Positions 59,617 through 64,000 of a stretch of DNA of 64,000 bases are shown here, piece by piece. Each line of letters begins with the position of its first letter. Position 1 is the first letter of the stretch. The notes below the pieces were generated by a model that saw nothing but the letters and a program-made list of their open reading frames with translations, did no database searches and was not told the origin of the DNA. Origin of the DNA: an uncultured Ignavibacterium sp. (GTDB lineage Bacteria; Bacteroidota; Ignavibacteria; Ignavibacteriales; Ignavibacteriaceae); NCBI GenBank assembly GCA_964570375.1, contig CAZMYA010000018.1:13137-77136 (forward strand), read 5' to 3'. The translations under genes and the position numbers were made by a program.

Positions 59617-60709
59617 CTTTATGATTGTTAAATGATAATAATCTTTCTCTCATTTTCTGATAACCTGGCTTTATAATATCATATATGTAATGAAGTCTTT
59701 CTTTATATGGAATAAATGCCGATTTCATTGCATTGATAGTGATCTTTTCAAAGTCATCAAAATTAAGATTGAAATATTTAATTGCTGTTAAAAACTCTTT
59801 TGTCATAGTTGTATCACTCATCAGGCGATCATCTGTATTAAGTGTTACACGGAATTTTTCTTTATATAATATTCCGAACGGATGATTTTCTATTTTATCA
59901 ACTGCTCCGGTGTGCACATTTGACAGAAGACAAATTTCGAGCGGAATTCTTTTATCAAGTACATACTGTGCAAGATCACCAAATTTTACAACATTACCAT
60001 TTGAATCTAGTACAATATCTTCAAGCAAACGGGTTGCGTGTCCTATTCGATGAGCGCCGCACCATTGTATAGCCTGCCATATTGAATCTTTTCCAAAAGC
60101 TTCGCCTGCATGAATTGTTATATTAAAATTTGCTCTTTGAATGTATTGGAATGCTTCAATGTGTTTCTTTGGAGGATAACCGCCTTCTTCTCCTGCAAGA
60201 TCAAAACCAACCACTCCCTCGTTTCTGAAATTAACAGCGAGTTCAGCTATATCCAGAGTGTCTTTCATATTTCTCATTCCGCAAAGAATCAAACCATATC
60301 CTACTTCAAAATCTTTTTTGCCTTTCTCTAATCCAGCAAGCACAGCTTTAACTGAATCTTCATAATAAAGTCCCTTTGCACGATGGAAAACAGGAGCAAA
60401 TCTTGTTTCAACATATACAACTCCGTCTTTATGCATATCCTCCATCATTTCATACGCAACTCTTTCTAATCCTTCTTTAGTTTGCATTACAGCCGTTGTA
60501 TGTTCAAATCCTTGCAGATATTCTACCAGATTACCTTTATTAGCTCCGCGATGAAACCACTCAGCAAGTTCTTTCGGATCTTTTGTGGGAAGCTTTTTGT
60601 ATTTCAGTTCTTCTGCCAGTTCAATAATCGTCTCTGGTCTCAAACCGCCATCTAAATGATCATGAAGGAGTACTTTGGGAATGGTTTTGATAATTTCTTC
60701 GGTGTTCAC
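59591..60709 (-). CDS. add: adenosine deaminase
   Basis: 'LHDHLDGG', 'ITIHAGE' and 'TLNTDDRLMS' metal/catalytic motifs. Confidence 0.9.
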   Translation of the reverse strand: MNTEEIIKTIPKVLLHDHLDGGLRPETIIELAEELKYKKLPTKDPKELAEWFHRGANKGNLVEYLQGFEHTTAVMQTKEGLERVAYEMMEDMHKDGVVYVETRFAPVFHRAKGLYYEDSVKAVLAGLEKGKKDFEVGYGLILCGMRNMKDTLDIAELAVNFRNEGVVGFDLAGEEGGYPPKKHIEAFQYIQRANFNITIHAGEAFGKDSIWQAIQWCGAHRIGHATRLLEDIVLDSNGNVVKFGDLAQYVLDKRIPLEICLLSNVHTGAVDKIENHPFGILYKEKFRVTLNTDDRLMSDTTMTKEFLTAIKYFNLNFDDFEKITINAMKSAFIPYKERLHYIYDIIKPGYQKMRERLLSFNNHKGEDEKTFR

Positions 60710-60979
60710 AAAAAACCTCTTTTTTCTTATTAAAAAATATCCTTTTGGGCAGGTAAAATCAATTTAGAAGGTCCTTAATTATTATAAATATTAGATGATA
60801 ATGGGTTTTTGTTGTGGAAATTTTATTGCTAATAATCTGTGCCCAAATCCTCATAAATTCAGAAATCTGCTAATATTTCCTATAGATTTTTTAATAATAA
60901 TTGTATCTTTGTAGAACAAATTTGAATTTAAATCAGACTTTTTTAATCAATTAATAAGTAAGAATCTATCGGAGTAAAA

Positions 60980-62125
60980 ATGAAGAACCAAAGATTGTTT
61001 GTTGCTTTATTCTTAGTGCTTGGTGTTATGTTTATGGGATCACAGTGTGGTTCTACTGAAATTACAAGTGCTAAGTTATACATTCAACAAAAAAACTATC
61101 CAAAAGCAATTGAAGCATTGGAGAAGGAAGTCGCGAAAAATCCAAAAAGCGATGAGGGGTATTATTTGTTAGGCTATGTTTATGGTGAGCAAAATGATTA
61201 TGCTAATATGGTTGATAGTTATAAAAAATCGCTTGCTATAAGTAATGCCTTTGAAAAAAATATTGATGATTCAAAGAAATATTTCTGGGCTCAATCTTAC
61301 AATCGCGGCGTAACTCTTTATCAAAGAGGAGTAAAAGCCACAGATCAGGATAGTGCAAAAATATTTTACGATAAATCAATTGATAATTTCAAGTCTGCAA
61401 TAATGATCGAACCGGATTCCGCAGACACCTATAAAAATCTTGCTTATGTTTACCTGAGCAAAGGTGATAATCAAGCCGCTATTGATCCATTAAAGAAAAT
61501 TATTGAAAAAGAAAAAGCATTAGATGGTTATAAATTTTTAGGTCAAATTTATTACGTTGATGGAACTAATCTTAAAAATCAAGGCGATAGTGTTGCTGCA
61601 AAAGCTGAATTTGATAAAGCAATTAATGTCCTTAAAGAAGGAATGGAATTATATCCAAATGATTCAGATATTTTATTAACACTATCCAACGCATTTATTG
61701 CTTCCAACAGAACTCAGGAAGCAATGGAACCGTTCAAAAAAGGTGTTGAAGCTGAACCAACTAATAAGTATTACAGATACAATTATGGTGTTTTACTTTT
61801 AGGTGCTGAAGATTTTGAAGCTGCTGAAACACAGTTTAAGAAAGCAATTGAGATTGATCCTGATTATGAAAATGCAATCTTTAATCTTGGTGTTACCTAT
61901 GTTAAATGGGGCAACTATCTTAATAAAAAAGCTGATGAAGAAGGTAAGTTAAGCGAAGAATATAAAGATAAATATCGTTTAGCTCTTCCTTATCTTGAAA
62001 AAGCAGCTCAGATGAAAGATGCAACATCACAAACATGGGAATTTTTAGGTAAAGTTTATTCTGTGCTTGGAATGCAGAATGAAGCTAGCGATGCATTCAA
62101 AAAAGCAGATGAATTAAGAAAATAA
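60980..62125 (+). CDS. tetratricopeptide-repeat protein with N-terminal signal peptide (possible lipoprotein)
   Basis: Signal sequence ending 'MGSQC', then multiple TPR units ('YYLLGYVYGEQNDYANMVDSYKKSL', among others). Confidence 0.8.
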   Translation: MKNQRLFVALFLVLGVMFMGSQCGSTEITSAKLYIQQKNYPKAIEALEKEVAKNPKSDEGYYLLGYVYGEQNDYANMVDSYKKSLAISNAFEKNIDDSKKYFWAQSYNRGVTLYQRGVKATDQDSAKIFYDKSIDNFKSAIMIEPDSADTYKNLAYVYLSKGDNQAAIDPLKKIIEKEKALDGYKFLGQIYYVDGTNLKNQGDSVAAKAEFDKAINVLKEGMELYPNDSDILLTLSNAFIASNRTQEAMEPFKKGVEAEPTNKYYRYNYGVLLLGAEDFEAAETQFKKAIEIDPDYENAIFNLGVTYVKWGNYLNKKADEEGKLSEEYKDKYRLALPYLEKAAQMKDATSQTWEFLGKVYSVLGMQNEASDAFKKADELRK

Positions 62126-62130
62126 TTATT

Positions 62131-62457
62131 ATGGATGCCAATAAACAACCGCAAGGTCAACAAATAAATATTGAGCTCGGTGAAAAAGAAGCTGAGGGAA
62201 TTTATTCCAATCTTGCTATAATTTCTCACTCGCCGGCCGAGTTTATAATTGATTTCACCAGAATTGTTCCGGGTGTACCAAAAGCAAAAGTACATGCCCG
62301 CATAATTACAACGCCACAGCATGCTAAAATGTTGATGAAGGCTTTGAAAGATAATATTGAAAAATATGAAGCTAAATTTGGTGAAATAAATATTGAACCT
62401 GCACCCAATCAACACTTTGGATTTGTTCCACCTAAAAGTGGTGAAAAGGTAAATTAG
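62131..62457 (+). CDS. DUF3467 domain-containing protein
   Basis: 108 aa. 'AEGIYSNLAIISHSPAEFIIDF...PKAKVHARIITTPQHAKMLMKALKDNIEKYE' matches my recollection of the family. Confidence 0.7.
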   Translation: MDANKQPQGQQINIELGEKEAEGIYSNLAIISHSPAEFIIDFTRIVPGVPKAKVHARIITTPQHAKMLMKALKDNIEKYEAKFGEINIEPAPNQHFGFVPPKSGEKVN

Positions 62458-62485
62458 GAAAAAAGAAATAATTTGATGTTAAGAG

Positions 62486-62517
62486 CCGGTTCGATAATAA
62501 AATTGGACCGGTTTTTT
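62486..62517 (+). terminator. intrinsic terminator after DUF3467 gene
   Basis: CCGGUUCGA / UUGGACCGG stem (9 bp including 2 G-U pairs), 8-nt loop, T6 run. It overlaps the 3' end of the convergent lptG-like gene. Confidence 0.55.
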
Positions 62518-63616
62518 ATTGTCTTGCTCGCCAAAGATTATATGCTGCGGCAATCATAAAAATAAAATTTGCAAACCACGCAGTTAATATTGGATTGAGT
62601 GCACCGTTTTTCCCGAATGCCTGACTAATCTTCATAAAAACTAAATATAAAAACGTAACTAAAATATTCAGTCCAACTTGTGCAGCTAAACCACCTTTTC
62701 TTTTGTGAGCAGAAATTGGAAGTCCAAATAGCACAACAATTATACTTGTAAAAGCAAATGCAATTCTGGAATGATATTCAATTAAGGTTGATGTTGGATC
62801 ATTGCCAGCCATTTCCTGTGATTTTATTAAATCTTTTAATTCAGATAAATTCATTTCTGATGGTCGAGTTTGTTTTTTAAGCAGATCGGCTGGAGTAAAA
62901 TTTAAGTGTTTAATATCAAGTTGTTTGAAATAATCTGCACTTTGACTTTGTCCGTTGAATTTTCTTTCGATACCATTTTTAGCCAACCAGGAATGATTTA
63001 ATGAATCGTAGGTTAAGCTATTCGCATCAATTCTTTCTGTCATTACAGTAAGATCAGAAGGATTAAAATCCTGAATGCTAATTCTGTTAGCTGTGTTTGT
63101 ATTAGCATCAAAGAATGATATACTTACTATCCTAGATTTTGAATCCTGAAAATAAATATTGCTTCCCGCAAAGTTCAGATTCTTTTTTAAATACTGTTGT
63201 TCAATGTTTAACTTGGTTTTATTTGCCATCGGAACAACATAACCGCCAAAATAAATTGAAAACAAGCTTAGAATAATTGTAGTAATTATAAAAGGAAGCA
63301 TAAACCTGAACAAACTTACTCCACTTGATTTAATTGCGGTTAGTTCATTCAAATTTGCTGCCTTGCCGGCTGTAAAGAGTGCAGCAAATAACACCGCAAC
63401 TGGAGTGATAAGTTTTATTATTTCCGGTGAGAATACAACGTAATAGTGCAGAATTATATATGTGGAAACATTCTGATCAATAAAATCATCAAGATTCTCC
63501 ATTGCATCAATAACGATGAAGATAACTGTGAATGCAAGCAATCCGAACAAAATTGTTTGCAGAAATTGTTTGATTAAATACTTATCAATTATCTTCATTT
63601 TCAACTGGAGGTTCAA
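62516..63616 (-). CDS. lptG: LPS export ABC transporter permease (LptG/YjgQ family)
   Basis: 366 aa with the family topology: 3 TM helices, a periplasmic beta-jellyroll, then 3 TM helices. N-terminus is 'IIDKYLIKQFL'. Confidence 0.8.
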   Translation of the reverse strand: MNLQLKMKIIDKYLIKQFLQTILFGLLAFTVIFIVIDAMENLDDFIDQNVSTYIILHYYVVFSPEIIKLITPVAVLFAALFTAGKAANLNELTAIKSSGVSLFRFMLPFIITTIILSLFSIYFGGYVVPMANKTKLNIEQQYLKKNLNFAGSNIYFQDSKSRIVSISFFDANTNTANRISIQDFNPSDLTVMTERIDANSLTYDSLNHSWLAKNGIERKFNGQSQSADYFKQLDIKHLNFTPADLLKKQTRPSEMNLSELKDLIKSQEMAGNDPTSTLIEYHSRIAFAFTSIIVVLFGLPISAHKRKGGLAAQVGLNILVTFLYLVFMKISQAFGKNGALNPILTAWFANFIFMIAAAYNLWRARQ

Positions 63617-64000
63617 TTTGTCTGAATCTTTCGGGAATTAATTTTAGTAAGAAATTGAAAGTGATATTCTTTACTTCTTTATTAGTCTTTATAATTAAGA
63701 TTATTCCCGCTACACCTAAAACAATATTAGCAGCCCACATTCCGATAAAAGGAGAAAAGAACCCACGCTCGGCAAGTTTTTCACCGCCAATTAAAAATGC
63801 CCAGTAAATTAAAAAGAATAACAAACTAATTCCTGAAGCCACGCCGAATCCACCTTTGCGCACCATTACACCCAAAGGCGCACCAATTAAAACAAAAACA
63901 ATACAGGCGGCAGGCAGTGAAAATTTCTTATAGATTTCCACATCATATTTTTCGATTTCCCTTTTAGTCCAATCCATTCTTGAAATATTTGATGCAAGAA
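63585..64000 (-). CDS. lptF: LPS export ABC transporter permease (LptF/YjgP family), 5' end outside window
   Basis: The frame remains open to nt 64000. 'EIYKKFSLPAACIVFVLIGAPLG' is the conserved C-terminal TM block. It overlaps lptG by 32 nt. Confidence 0.75.
   Translation of the reverse strand, partial: LASNISRMDWTKREIEKYDVEIYKKFSLPAACIVFVLIGAPLGVMVRKGGFGVASGISLLFFLIYWAFLIGGEKLAERGFFSPFIGMWAANIVLGVAGIILIIKTNKEVKNITFNFLLKLIPERFRQIEPPVENEDN

Noticed and set aside
60904-60911. TATCTTTG matching the Bacteroidota-type -7 promoter motif TAnnTTTG, about 70 nt upstream of the TPR gene.
   Set aside because: No matching -33 TTTG element lies at the expected spacing. The promoter grammar of this lineage is unknown to me, and an 8-mer with two free positions is expected by chance in AT-rich spacers.
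1-64000. Scan for tRNA, rRNA, tmRNA, CRISPR arrays, transposases, integrases, restriction-modification or other known defence genes.
   Set aside because: I recognised none. There are no regularly spaced direct repeats, no GTTCGAATC-type T-arm contexts, and no DDE, tyrosine or serine recombinase motifs. The only methyltransferase (7364..8347) looks like a small-molecule or sugar class I enzyme with no adjacent nuclease.

Overview
AT-rich bacterial chromosome segment (roughly one-third G+C by eye, not computed). Gene content and the C-terminal sorting tails ('QNYPNPFNPTTQI...GIYFYRLQAGDF') suggest an Ignavibacteria-like member of the FCB group; this placement is inference only. Most of the window is densely packed housekeeping DNA: metF, ddl, rarA, dprA, accA, dut, dnaE, trxA, serA, an LPS-core pair (lpxL-like plus GT9), tsaC, M23 peptidase plus bactofilin, atpZ-I-B-E-F-H-A-G without atpDC, ffh-rpsP-KH-rimM-trmD-rplS, add/hutU and lptFG. 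The accessory part lies at about 9.8-31 kb. It holds a structured G+C-rich spacer that looks like a small RNA or leader, and a 727-bp ORF-free AT-rich gap. Next come three secreted-protein genes: an ASST-like gene broken by two in-frame TAA codons, a BNR/Ycf48-like propeller, and an unassigned 742-aa protein. A divergently organised Wzx/Wzy-type exopolysaccharide locus follows. Inside that locus are a four-helix-bundle (23S rRNA IVS family) gene bracketed by a perfect 15-bp inverted repeat, and a GT2 fused to a phosphoglycosyltransferase-like domain that has lost its catalytic core. Two REP/MITE-like palindromic elements sit in intergenic spacers. I recognised no tRNA, rRNA, CRISPR array, transposase, integrase or known defence system. 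Nothing here is a clear-cut novel multi-gene system; the best leads are the RNA candidate at about 9.8 kb, the IVS-like cassette, the pseudo-PGT fusion and the orphan 742-aa secreted protein.
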